A stretch of DNA of 30,390 nt from Desulfocicer vacuolatum DSM 3385 (GTDB taxonomy: Bacteria; Desulfobacterota; Desulfobacteria; Desulfobacterales; SURF-7): positions 1 to 30,390 of the forward strand of contig CAMBQS010000001.1 in the NCBI GenBank assembly GCA_945870015.1, given 5' to 3'. The translations under genes were made by a program, and so were the position numbers. Of the stretch, positions 1 to 8,815 are shown in pieces. Under the pieces are notes generated by a model, which worked only from the letters and a program-made list of their open reading frames with translations, was not told where the DNA came from and made no database searches. The number at the start of each line of letters is the position of its first letter. Positions within the stretch are counted from its first letter, which is position 1.

Positions 1-2343
1 CTGAAGCGCGGCTCTTGGAATTTCGATCATGGTTCCGAATTTGTGGACGATTCCCGCCAAGCTGAACCGTGCTGCCACTTCGTCGTGTACGGCCTGGACC
101 AGCCGTTTCATGATCACCAGTTCCTGGACTTCCGACGTGACGGGGATCATGATTTCAGGCTGGGGTCTTTTTCCCTCTGCAGTGAGCTCGGCAGCGGCTT
201 CGAATACGGCTTTGACCTGCATTTCAGTTATTTCCGGGTAGGAGATCCCCAGCCGGACACCTCTGTGCCCCATCATGGGATTTGTTTCCATCAGGTCTTC
301 GCTGCGCCGTTTGATTTCACCCAGGTCTATGCCCAGGGATTTGGCGATTTCAATCTGCTGATCCTTGGAATGGGGGACGAACTCGTGAAGGGGCGGGTCC
401 AGAGTCCTTATGGTCACCGGAAGTCCATCCATCACGATCAGAGTCTTTTTGATTTCGTTTTTTACAAAGGGGAAAAGACCGGCGATGGCGTTTCGGCGTT
501 CTCTTCCCGATGTGCTTAAGATCATCTTGCGCAAAAGGAAAAGCGCCTCATCTGAATTGGCTCCGTAGAACATGTGTTCTGTTCTGTACAGCCCAATGCC
601 GTCGGCTCCGTAGGACAGGGCCAGCCGGGCATCTTCCGGCGTGTCTGCGTTCGCACGGACGCCCATGGTTCTGTATTTGTCCACACGTTGCATGAAATCC
701 TTGAATCTGGGGTTTTCCAGGGAGTCGATCATCCGGAGCTTGTCTTCATAGACGAGGCCGTTGGAACCGTTCAGGGTGAGGATGTCGCCCTGTTTGAATG
801 TTTTTTCTCCGATTTTGAGTTTTCTTGCCGCCACATCGATGGAAAGGGCGGAGGCCCCCACCACGCAGCATTTGCCCCAGCCCCTTGCCACAAGGGCTGC
901 ATGGCTCGTCATGCCGCCGCGGGCCGTGAGGATGCCGTTTGCCGCTCGCATTCCTTCGATGTCTTCCGGATTCGTTTCCTGGCGGACGAGGATAACGTTT
1001 CGGCCCTCCCGCGCCCATTCCACTGCATCTTCCGATGTGAATACGATGTGGCCGAAGGCACCGCCCGGTCCGGCCGGAAGTCCCCTTGTAAGGATTTCGG
1101 CGTGCTTTTCGTCCTGGGGATCCACTACCGGATGGAGAAGTTCGTCGAGTTGTTTGGGTTTCACACGGGTGATGGCCGTAACCTCGTTGATCAGTCCTTC
1201 ACTCAGCATGTCCATGGCCATGTTGAGGGCCGCTGTCCCGGTTCGTTTCCCTACCCGGCACTGGAGCATGAAGAGGCGGCCTTTCTCGATGGTGAACTCG
1301 ATGTCCTGCATGTCATGGAAATGGGATTCCAGTTTTTCCCGTATATCGAGAAGGGAACTGTAAACATCGGGCATGAGGGTTTCAAGGGACGGGTATTTTT
1401 TGTTCTCCTCGGTCTTTGTTTCCTCATTGATAGGGTAAGGGGTTCTGAGGCCTGCCACAACATCCTCTCCCTGGGCGTTCACCAGCCATTCCCCGAAGAA
1501 CACGTTCTCGCCGGTCGCCGGGTTCCGCGTGAATGCGACTCCTGTTGCTGAATCGTCGCCCATGTTGCCGAAAACCATGCTCTGGACTGTGACGCCGGTG
1601 CCCCAGTCATCGGGAATATTTTCGATGCGTCTGTAGGTTATGGCCCTCCGTCCGTTCCAGCTTTTGAAAACCGCTCCCACGGCCCGCATGAGCTGCTCAC
1701 GGGCTGAGTCGGGGAATTCGGATTTAAGTACCGATTTCACTGTAATTTTGAATTGTTCGCAGATATCTTTCAGGTCCTTTGCCGGAATGTCCGTGTCCGA
1801 GGCATACCCCTTGTCTGTTTTCCAGTTGTTGAAGATCTCCTCCAGCCTCGCCCTGATACCGAAACCTTTTTCAGGATCGACTCCCTCGGCTTTTTCCAGG
1901 ACTACATCGGCGTACATCATGATCAGACGTCTGTATGAATCATAGACAAAACGCTCGTCACCGGTCTGGGCGATAAGGCCGCCGATGGTCCGGCTGGTAA
2001 GCCCAACATTTAGAACCGTTTCCATCATGCCGGGCATGCTCTGCCTTCCACCGGAACGGCAGGAAACCAGAAGGGGGTTATCGGGATCATCAAATCCTTT
2101 TCCCATGGTTTTTTCGATGGATTTCAAGGAGTATTCGAACTGGTTTTCAAATTCGGGGGGGTAAAGGCCGCCGGATCGGAGAAAGTGGTTGCAGCATTCG
2201 GTCGAGATGGTGAAACCCGGCGGCACCGGAATTCCCAGAAGGGCCATTTCCGAAAGGTTGGCGCCTTTACCGCCGAGGAGGTTCACAAGGGATGCTCCAC
2301 CCTCGGATTCTCCGCAGCCAAAACCGTATATGTATTTTTTCAA
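1..2343 (-). CDS. ppdK: Pyruvate, phosphate dikinase (3' end beyond window start)
   Basis: Manual minus-strand translation from TTG at 2343 (GGAGG RBS at 2349-2353): MKKYIYGFG...LLGGKGANLSEM...IPVPPGFTISTE, phospho-His motif RGGMTSHAALVARG (~870-925) and GTMIEIPRAAL at the window edge. Absent from the ORF track because there is no stop in the window. Confidence 0.97.
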   Translation of the reverse strand, partial: MKKYIYGFGCGESEGGASLVNLLGGKGANLSEMALLGIPVPPGFTISTECCNHFLRSGGLYPPEFENQFEYSLKSIEKTMGKGFDDPDNPLLVSCRSGGRQSMPGMMETVLNVGLTSRTIGGLIAQTGDERFVYDSYRRLIMMYADVVLEKAEGVDPEKGFGIRARLEEIFNNWKTDKGYASDTDIPAKDLKDICEQFKITVKSVLKSEFPDSAREQLMRAVGAVFKSWNGRRAITYRRIENIPDDWGTGVTVQSMVFGNMGDDSATGVAFTRNPATGENVFFGEWLVNAQGEDVVAGLRTPYPINEETKTEENKKYPSLETLMPDVYSSLLDIREKLESHFHDMQDIEFTIEKGRLFMLQCRVGKRTGTAALNMAMDMLSEGLINEVTAITRVKPKQLDELLHPVVDPQDEKHAEILTRGLPAGPGGAFGHIVFTSEDAVEWAREGRNVILVRQETNPEDIEGMRAANGILTARGGMTSHAALVARGWGKCCVVGASALSIDVAARKLKIGEKTFKQGDILTLNGSNGLVYEDKLRMIDSLENPRFKDFMQRVDKYRTMGVRANADTPEDARLALSYGADGIGLYRTEHMFYGANSDEALFLLRKMILSTSGRERRNAIAGLFPFVKNEIKKTLIVMDGLPVTIRTLDPPLHEFVPHSKDQQIEIAKSLGIDLGEIKRRSEDLMETNPMMGHRGVRLGISYPEITEMQVKAVFEAAAELTAEGKRPQPEIMIPVTSEVQELVIMKRLVQAVHDEVAARFSLAGIVHKFGTMIEIPRAALQ

Positions 2344-2571
2344 GAAGACCTCCTGAACATGGAATCTAAGGAAAAACAGTGAAAAAACAGAAGCGGTCTT
2401 AGGATTAGACTTAGCTTTTTTTGTGGGGTATTCTTATGCGAAAGAGGATTGAGTGTCAACAATCTTTTATTTTAGCACGTCCGGGTTCCGGCCTTGCAGA
2501 TTTCTGTAGTTATTGTTATCCATGAATGTATGATAGATGAAACCGGTTATTTATTTTATATGCCGATTGTT

Positions 2572-2580
2572 TGATATAAT
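2572..2580 (+). promoter_or_regulatory. Extended -10 promoter element upstream of gltX
   Basis: TG-A-TATAAT 23 nt upstream of the gltX ATG; no good -35 seen. Confidence 0.5.
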
Positions 2581-2603
2581 ACAGAAATCAGAAGGGAATT
2601 CAA

Positions 2604-4010
2604 ATGGAAACCATCATTACCCGCTTTCCGCCGAGTCCGACAGGGTATCTTCATGTCGGAGGTGCGCGGACAGCGTTATTCAACTGGCTTTATGCCCGGA
2701 ATCAAAAAGGAAAATTCATTTTACGGATTGAAGATACAGACACGGTTCGATCCACACAGGAATCGGTGGACGCGATTTTTGAAGCACTGGAATGGCTTGG
2801 AATTGACTGGGATGACGGGCCGTATTTTCAATCCAGACGGTTTGATCTTTACCGGGAATATATTCAAAAGCTGGTTCAATCCGGGAATGCCTATTATTGT
2901 ACCTGTTCATCCGAACGGATCGAGGAGATGAGAAAACAGGCCATGGCTTCCGGGGGAAAACCCAAATATGATGGAACCTGCCGGGAAAAGGGGATGTCTC
3001 AAACTGATGGCGCGGTGATCCGTTTCAAGGCGCCGCTTTCCGGAACAACCGTCCTGCAGGATATCATCAAGAAGAATATCGTGTTTCAGAACTCGGAACT
3101 GGATGATTTCATTATCCAGCGCAGTGATGGAACACCGACCTATAATCTCGCGGTTGTGGTGGATGACATCACCATGAACGTCAATACCGTGATCCGGGGC
3201 GATGATCATGTGAACAATACGCCGAAACAGATTCAGTTGTATGAGGCGTTTGGGGCAGCCCTTCCGGTTTTCGGACATGTGCCCATGGTTCTCGGAAAAG
3301 ACAAGACCCGTCTCAGCAAACGGCATGGAGCCATGTCTGTTACGGAATACCGGGATATGGGATATCTTCCGGATGCGCTTCTGAACTATCTGGTCCGGCT
3401 TGGATGGTCGTTTGGTGATCAGGAATTTTTTACGCGGGATGAACTGATTGAAAAATTTACGATCAAAAATATTGGAAAATCTCCGGGAGTCTTTGATCAG
3501 GAAAAGCTTCAATCCCTGAATGCAGATCATATCAAGGTCGCCCCTCTGGATAAGCTTTCGGATCATCTTCTGCCGTTTCTGGGAAAAAAAGGATATGCTG
3601 CGGAGAAGAATCAATATCTCGAAAAGGTGATCCAGACCCTGAACACCAGAAGCAAAACCTTAGAAGAGATGGCGGCAAGCGCAGACTTTTATTATCAGGA
3701 GGATTTTAAATATGATGACAAGGCTGCAGAAAAATTTTTAAACCCTCCCTTTCTTTCCGCACTGGAGGCCCTGATGGCTGAACTGGGAAAACTATCTGAT
3801 TTTTCAGAAAAAAATCTTGAGGCTGCATTTACAGCCGTCATGGTTGCGACGGATCAGAAACTCGGAAAGATCGCCCAGCCGGTCAGGGTTGCGTTAACCG
3901 GCAAAACCGTTAGCCCGGGAATTTTTGAAACCGTCGAGGTTTTGGGAAAGGATCGTGTGCTTTCACGCTTGCAAAGGGCTGTGGAATATATTAAATCGAA
4001 CAAGGGATAA
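2604..4010 (+). CDS. gltX: Glutamate--tRNA ligase
   Basis: RFPPSPTGYLHVGG (HIGH), LRIEDTD, YYCTC...YDGTC Zn-type motif, VIRGDDH, LSKRHG (KMSKS-like), C-terminal PVRVALTG..SPG; 468 aa. Confidence 0.98.
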   Translation: METIITRFPPSPTGYLHVGGARTALFNWLYARNQKGKFILRIEDTDTVRSTQESVDAIFEALEWLGIDWDDGPYFQSRRFDLYREYIQKLVQSGNAYYCTCSSERIEEMRKQAMASGGKPKYDGTCREKGMSQTDGAVIRFKAPLSGTTVLQDIIKKNIVFQNSELDDFIIQRSDGTPTYNLAVVVDDITMNVNTVIRGDDHVNNTPKQIQLYEAFGAALPVFGHVPMVLGKDKTRLSKRHGAMSVTEYRDMGYLPDALLNYLVRLGWSFGDQEFFTRDELIEKFTIKNIGKSPGVFDQEKLQSLNADHIKVAPLDKLSDHLLPFLGKKGYAAEKNQYLEKVIQTLNTRSKTLEEMAASADFYYQEDFKYDDKAAEKFLNPPFLSALEALMAELGKLSDFSEKNLEAAFTAVMVATDQKLGKIAQPVRVALTGKTVSPGIFETVEVLGKDRVLSRLQRAVEYIKSNKG

Positions 4011-4062
4011 GTTTTTATATTGACTCATAGTAAACGATTGTGTATGTAGCTTGGCGTATTCT

Positions 4063-4136
4063 TGGGGGATCGTCCAATGGCAGGACTACGGACTCTGACT
4101 CCGTCCATCAAGGTTCGAATCCTTGTCCCCCAGCCA
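4063..4136 (+). tRNA. tRNA-Gln (anticodon CTG)
   Basis: Acceptor stem TGGGGGA/TCCCCCA (U1-A72 typical of tRNA-Gln), anticodon stem ACGGA/TCCGT with CTG at 4095-4097, T-arm GGTTCGAATCC, discriminator G and encoded CCA. Confidence 0.97.
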
Positions 4137-4145
4137 GAACGATTC

Positions 4146-4180
4146 AAGGGATTGCAGCATCCGCCGCAATCCCTTTTTTT
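4146..4180 (+). terminator. Rho-independent terminator after tRNA-Gln
   Basis: GGGATTGC (4148-4155)/GCAATCCC (4166-4173) stem followed by T7. Confidence 0.85.
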
Positions 4181-4254
4181 CTTGACGGGTATCGTGTTGT
4201 TCTGATTATCTGTTCTGAATGTTCGACGTCAACGCCTTATTAAGGAAAAAACAG

Positions 4255-7200
4255 ATGCCCAAGAAAGTGAAACCAGCACCGCCCCGTCAACCGGAAAGAA
4301 TGGAAGCCCCCGCCTCGCCCTATTTTTTCCTGTTGGTACTCAGTTGCTTTTTTGTTTCCGGCATGACCGGATTGATTTATGAGATTCTCTGGACGCGGAT
4401 GATTGTAAAAATCATCGGAAGCGCTCCTTTTGCCGTCAGTATTGTTCTGACCGTATTCATGGGCGGACTGGGGTTCGGAAGTTATCTTGCCGGCAGATCG
4501 GTTGACAGGATTCAAAAACCACTGTCTCTTGTCCGGCTTTACGGTATCCTTGAAATTTTCATCGGAGCCTACGGGCTGGTTCTGCCGCTGCTGCTGATTG
4601 CCTTTAAACCCCTGTATGCCCTGCTCTACAATCATCTTTTTCATTATTTTCTGGGATACAGCATTTTAACCTTTATCGGGTGTTCGCTGCTTCTGATTTT
4701 TCCGGTCATTTGCATGGGTGCGACCCTGCCGGTGTTGAGCCGGTTTTTTGTCACCAGCATATCCAGGGTTGGAACCCATGTGGGCCGGCTTTACGGGCTG
4801 AACACGATCGGGGCCGCAGCCGGGTCCCTTTTTTGCGGTTTCTGGATGATTCACTGGCTGGGGGTCTGGGGCACACTGGTTCTGGCCATCCTGTTGAATG
4901 TCGCCATCGGCAGTATCTGTCTCCTGGTCAGCCGGGACGCCAAAAGACAGGAAAAAGAAGCGCTGCATCATGATCCGCCGTCCAGCACACCCAATACAAT
5001 GAATATGCTGTGGGACAAGAATCTGCCGGATTCAATCAAAAGACAAACCATATATGCTCTGATTATTTTTGCGGTCTCCGGATTTTGCGCCATGGCATAT
5101 GAAGTCATCTGGGTGAAACTCTTTGGTCTGATCGTTGGCCCGACAACCTACTCGTTTACAATCGTGCTGGTCACGTTTATCACATGCCTGGCCATGGGGA
5201 GTATTTTCTTTGGCTGGATAGCGGATAAAACCAGACACACGCTTTCCCTTCTGATGATGACGCAGCTTCTGGCGGCTATTTCCGCGCTTCTGCTCAGCCA
5301 GTTGATGGGCAACAGCCAGATCTTTTTTGCAAAACTGATTTTCCATTTCAAGGAAAGCTTTGCCCTTCTTCAGATTTCCAAGACATTTGCTCTTTTTGCC
5401 TTCATGTTCATTCCAACGATCTGCCTGGGGGCAACTTTTCCCCTGGTCGGAAAAATCTGTACCCGGTCGCTGGAAAAAACAGGGCAGTCCATTGGTTTTG
5501 CCTATGCCATCAACACGGTCGGCGCAGTGCTGGGCTCTTTTTGTGCAGGGTTTATCCTGATTCCACTGCTGGGTAAGGAAAACAGCATCTCCCTGGTCGT
5601 TTTGATTCAACTGGTCACCTTGCTGCTGATCACCCTTCATCTCCTGCTGAAAGGCGGTGCATCTTTCCTGAAATGGTCTCCGCTGCTGGCCTTGATATTC
5701 ATCGGTTTCATTCTGGCTCATCAGTTTCCCCACTGGGATCGCAAGATGCTCTCCAAAGGAAAGTACCATCGTTTTGATGACATTCAGAAAAGAAATATCG
5801 GATGGATCGAATCGCTTTTCAACGGGACAGAGATTTTTTCCAGAACGGAAAATTATGAGCTGGTGTATTTCGGCGACGGGATCGGCGGATTCACGACCGT
5901 GTTGAAATCACCTCCGGACGCCATTGGTGAAACCACTCACAGTCTTCTGAATTCCGGAAAGGCCGATGCTTCGAGCCACCGGAGAGATATGTTCACCCAG
6001 ACCCTGCTGGCCCACTTCCCCATGCTTTTTCATCCGGACCCGGAAAATGTCCTTGTGCTGGGTCTTGCCAGCGGAATAACCGCGGGCGAGGCATTGCTGT
6101 ATCCTTTGGTGAAACAGTTGGATGGGGTTGAAATCAACAACCAGGTGGTTGCAGCGAGCGATTTTTTTATCCCCTGGAATTATGATGTCCTTCATAATCC
6201 GAAGACCGAACTGATTATTCAGGATGGCCGTGCCCACCTGGAATTAACCAAAAGAAAATATGACGTGATTATTTCCGAACCCTCCAATCCATGGATGGCC
6301 GGACTGGCTACGCTATTTACTTATGAATTTATGGATCTAGCAAAGAACAAGCTGAAGGATGACGGCATCTATGTTCAGTGGATTCATTCCTACCAGATGG
6401 ACTGGCCCACCTTTTCCCTGGTTGGCCGGACTTTTTCAAAGGTTTTTCCAAACAGCATCCTGGTGACAACCGATCCAAGAGGAGAACTGGGGCCGGATTT
6501 TTTACTGGTCGGCTTTACCGGCAAAAAGCAGCTTGATCCATCGGTTGCTGCGTTGAATCTGCCCTATGCCATGAAATCCAGAAACATGAAACTGACAGAT
6601 TACCGGGTATTTTATCATCTGATCGTAAGCGAGGATCTGCCAAAACTTTTTAAAGACGGCCCGGTCAATACAGACAACAACTCCATCCTGGAGTTTTCAG
6701 CACCCAGACTGATCCACTACGACCCGGCCAATTCGAGGATCAACCGGGAGCTGGCTGCGAATCGATGGCTGAGTCCCACAACAAAAGAGATTCTGCAATC
6801 AGACCTGCAGGATGTGGATGCCCAGCTCAATTTTGCCGAATACAGCCTTTCGTTCAACAGCCATGCGAAAAACATGGTGGATCTTCAGAACGCAACACCG
6901 GAGCAGCGGCAGCGGTACAACCGGATCATGCAGGAATACTGTGCAAACAGCATCATAACTGATTTTGGATTCCTGCAGGACGAATCCCTGAAGAAACAGT
7001 GCATGGACGCCCATCTTCAAACCATTGGAAAAAATCTTTCAAAAGCAAAGGATAAAGCCCCGCTTTATTACTATATGGGATGGCTGTGTTTTCATAACAG
7101 CCGGATTGATGAAAGCATTCATTATTTTCTGGAAGTGCTACAGACCAAACCGGATGATCATGAAACCAATACTCTTTTGAAAGAAGCATTGCTGAAAACC

Positions 7201-7659
7201 CAAAAGCCGGATGAACATGAGAAGAAGATTCAGGAACGGCTTCACAGAAAAGGCAATGAAAAAAATCCTGCTTTCCATTTTCACCTGGCAGTCCTTTATC
7301 AGCGAAAAGGCATGACAGCCCAGGCAATTCCCCACCTGGAAAAAGCCATCTCCATAAAACCGGATTTTATTCAAGCATTGAATCATCTGGCGCTCCACTA
7401 CAGCGTCACAAAGGAGAACGATAAGGCCATTTTGTATTTTCAAAAAATGGTACAGATCAAACCGGAACTGGCCGGCGCCTATTACAACATTGCCTGCCTT
7501 TATTCCAAACAGAACAAGGTCCGGGAGGCGACCGACTGGCTGCGGTCTGCGGTGGAAAAAGGATACAACAACCTTTCCCTGATTCAGACCGATCCGGATC
7601 TGAACAACATCCGCGGATCATCCGACTATCAGGAGATTGTTTCCGGATTGGCTGAATAA
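4255..7659 (+). CDS. Fused multi-TM membrane / spermidine-synthase-like SAM-binding domain / TPR protein
   Basis: Two homologous membrane halves (SGMTGLIYEILWTR, SGFCAMAYEVIWVK), Rossmann motifs VLVLGLASGITAGE, VEIN, QDGR, YDVIISEPSNPW, and C-terminal TPR-like repeats ending AYYNIACLYS. ATG 4255 with AAGGA RBS preferred over the track start 4219. Confidence 0.85.
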   Translation: MPKKVKPAPPRQPERMEAPASPYFFLLVLSCFFVSGMTGLIYEILWTRMIVKIIGSAPFAVSIVLTVFMGGLGFGSYLAGRSVDRIQKPLSLVRLYGILEIFIGAYGLVLPLLLIAFKPLYALLYNHLFHYFLGYSILTFIGCSLLLIFPVICMGATLPVLSRFFVTSISRVGTHVGRLYGLNTIGAAAGSLFCGFWMIHWLGVWGTLVLAILLNVAIGSICLLVSRDAKRQEKEALHHDPPSSTPNTMNMLWDKNLPDSIKRQTIYALIIFAVSGFCAMAYEVIWVKLFGLIVGPTTYSFTIVLVTFITCLAMGSIFFGWIADKTRHTLSLLMMTQLLAAISALLLSQLMGNSQIFFAKLIFHFKESFALLQISKTFALFAFMFIPTICLGATFPLVGKICTRSLEKTGQSIGFAYAINTVGAVLGSFCAGFILIPLLGKENSISLVVLIQLVTLLLITLHLLLKGGASFLKWSPLLALIFIGFILAHQFPHWDRKMLSKGKYHRFDDIQKRNIGWIESLFNGTEIFSRTENYELVYFGDGIGGFTTVLKSPPDAIGETTHSLLNSGKADASSHRRDMFTQTLLAHFPMLFHPDPENVLVLGLASGITAGEALLYPLVKQLDGVEINNQVVAASDFFIPWNYDVLHNPKTELIIQDGRAHLELTKRKYDVIISEPSNPWMAGLATLFTYEFMDLAKNKLKDDGIYVQWIHSYQMDWPTFSLVGRTFSKVFPNSILVTTDPRGELGPDFLLVGFTGKKQLDPSVAALNLPYAMKSRNMKLTDYRVFYHLIVSEDLPKLFKDGPVNTDNNSILEFSAPRLIHYDPANSRINRELAANRWLSPTTKEILQSDLQDVDAQLNFAEYSLSFNSHAKNMVDLQNATPEQRQRYNRIMQEYCANSIITDFGFLQDESLKKQCMDAHLQTIGKNLSKAKDKAPLYYYMGWLCFHNSRIDESIHYFLEVLQTKPDDHETNTLLKEALLKTQKPDEHEKKIQERLHRKGNEKNPAFHFHLAVLYQRKGMTAQAIPHLEKAISIKPDFIQALNHLALHYSVTKENDKAILYFQKMVQIKPELAGAYYNIACLYSKQNKVREATDWLRSAVEKGYNNLSLIQTDPDLNNIRGSSDYQEIVSGLAE

Positions 7660-7816
7660 CTGGAAAAACCGGTGAATCATGACAAAATATTGCTATTCCC
7701 TGATGAACTTGCTGTGATTCTTCACCATTTTGTATTGACATGATTTCTATATGGTGATTTTTGATTGTGAATCAATATCATTGATGATCCTTGGCAAAAT
7801 TTGGGTTTTTACTGAT

Positions 7817-7851
7817 CAGGCATTTTTTTCAGATAAATAAATGCCTGTTTT
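7817..7851 (+). terminator. Possible terminator hairpin
   Basis: CAGGCATTT/AAATGCCTG 9-bp stem, 13-nt loop, followed by TTTT; about 160 nt after the upstream stop. Confidence 0.35.
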
Positions 7852-7933
7852 CAGACGGTTTATTGCGAAAATATCAGGTTAAAAGCTTGACCTGTGAATA
7901 GATGATTCTGTCTTAGCAAAAAGGGGAAAAACA

Positions 7934-8267
7934 TTGAAATTGCCAAACGCAGATATGGCGATCATAGATACTGAGAAAATCTTTGATTATTGTCTCAATC
8001 CCGAGCATCCGAGGGGAAAGCACAAAGCGCGTGTTTTTCAGAGTGTTTTGGGAATGACGAGCGCAAGTGCCGATGATTTGATATTGTTGATAAAAAGACG
8101 AATTCAGGATATTAGGATGTGAAGTGGGCGAAGCGGATGCGTTTGGTAAGAGATACACGGTTGATGTCGAAATTGAATACAATGACAAGAAAGCTTTCGT
8201 CCGAACAAGTTGGATTATCAAACATGGTGAGATTCGACCAAGATTGACAACTTGCTTCGTTAAATAG
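7934..8267 (+). pseudogene. DUF6883-like putative toxin, frameshifted
   Basis: 5' frame: MKLPNADMAIIDTEKIFDYCLNPEHPRGKHKARVFQSVLG, stops at 8122. The +1 frame (open 8094-8267) gives GEADAFGKRYTVDVEI...SWIIKHGEIRPRLTTCFVK*, the expected C-terminal half. Removing one nt between 8092 and 8114 restores a 110-aa ORF. Confidence 0.8.
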
Positions 8268-8276
8268 GAGGAAATC

Positions 8277-8492
8277 ATGAAAGATGAAATTAAATTATTG
8301 GATGTTGTAGCTTTAACAGGGGATTTGGAAGAACGCGGTTTGGTGAAAGGCCAAGTGGGCACCGTAGTTGAAATTCTTGATAATGGTGTATTTGAAGTAG
8401 AGTTTTGTGACAACGACGGGCGAACATACGCAACATTGGCCTTGCGCAATAATCAGCTTATGGCTCTTTACTATTCTCCTGTTGCCGCGTAA
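8277..8492 (+). CDS. DUF4926 domain protein (putative antitoxin/immunity partner)
   Basis: LLDVVALTGDL..RGLVKGQVGTVVEIL..GVFEVEFCDNDGRTYA signature; AGGAGG RBS overlapping the upstream stop. Confidence 0.85.
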   Translation: MKDEIKLLDVVALTGDLEERGLVKGQVGTVVEILDNGVFEVEFCDNDGRTYATLALRNNQLMALYYSPVAA

Positions 8493-8525
8493 CAACTATT
8501 GGATTTATGGCCCTTTATATTTTTA

Positions 8526-8604
8526 CATTTGGTATTTGGAGCAAATGATACCTATATTCTATTACTGTCTGGAACAAAAAATATAAAAACGCAAAGCGCG
8601 CCCC
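8526..8604. repeat. Dispersed junction motif, copy 1
   Basis: Core 8531-8569 matches 10833-10871 at 31/39 positions; shared flanks CATTTGGTATT and CGCAAAGnGCGnCCC. Confidence 0.75.
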
Positions 8605-8683
8605 CTGTCCGCTCGCTCAACCTGGCCACAGGAATCGCGGCGGCTGAGCGTGGTATGCACTTTCTTGGCAGGTTGGCTGGCGC

Positions 8684-8765
8684 GTATGTGCCAGGCAGGC
8701 ATGGTACGTAACTGACAGGGTGCAAGTCCCTGTACTAGTTCGCCGAGCCGAAGGTTAATGAAGAA
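8684..8765 (+). mobile_element. 5' remnant of a group II intron (class C-like domain I start)
   Basis: TGTGCC..GGCATGG..CGTAACTGACAGGGTGCAAGTCCCTGT..AGTT..GAGCCGAAG..TGAAG resembles class C intron 5' ends, including the GGGT-GCAAG-TCCC T-loop element. No RT ORF or domain V follows. Confidence 0.55.
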
Positions 8766-8815
8766 GGGGTCGTCAAATGAGTCAAGAGCAGACTTGACCC
8801 TTTTATGACCCTTTT
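8763..8815. repeat. Imperfect inverted repeat (GGGGTC/GACCC-type hairpin)
   Basis: GAAGGGGTCGTCAAATGAGTCAAG (8763-8786), loop AGCAGA, CTTGACCCTTTTATGACCCTTTT (8793-8815). Confidence 0.7.

Noticed and set aside
43-1945. Plus-strand ORFs of 158, 325, 200 and 101 aa
   Set aside because: Antisense shadows of ppdK; no recognisable motifs.
2907-7741. Minus-strand ORFs over gltX and the membrane/TPR gene (e.g. 235 aa, 245 aa)
   Set aside because: Antisense shadows with no protein-family features.
7913-8449. 178-aa minus-strand ORF
   Set aside because: Antisense to DUF6883/DUF4926, whose reading is supported by motifs and RBS.
8499-8711. 70-aa ORF (and the tail of 10720-10908) sharing VFG.ND.YILLLS
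   Set aside because: The shared peptide is simply the translated DNA repeat; no RBS, so treated as non-coding.
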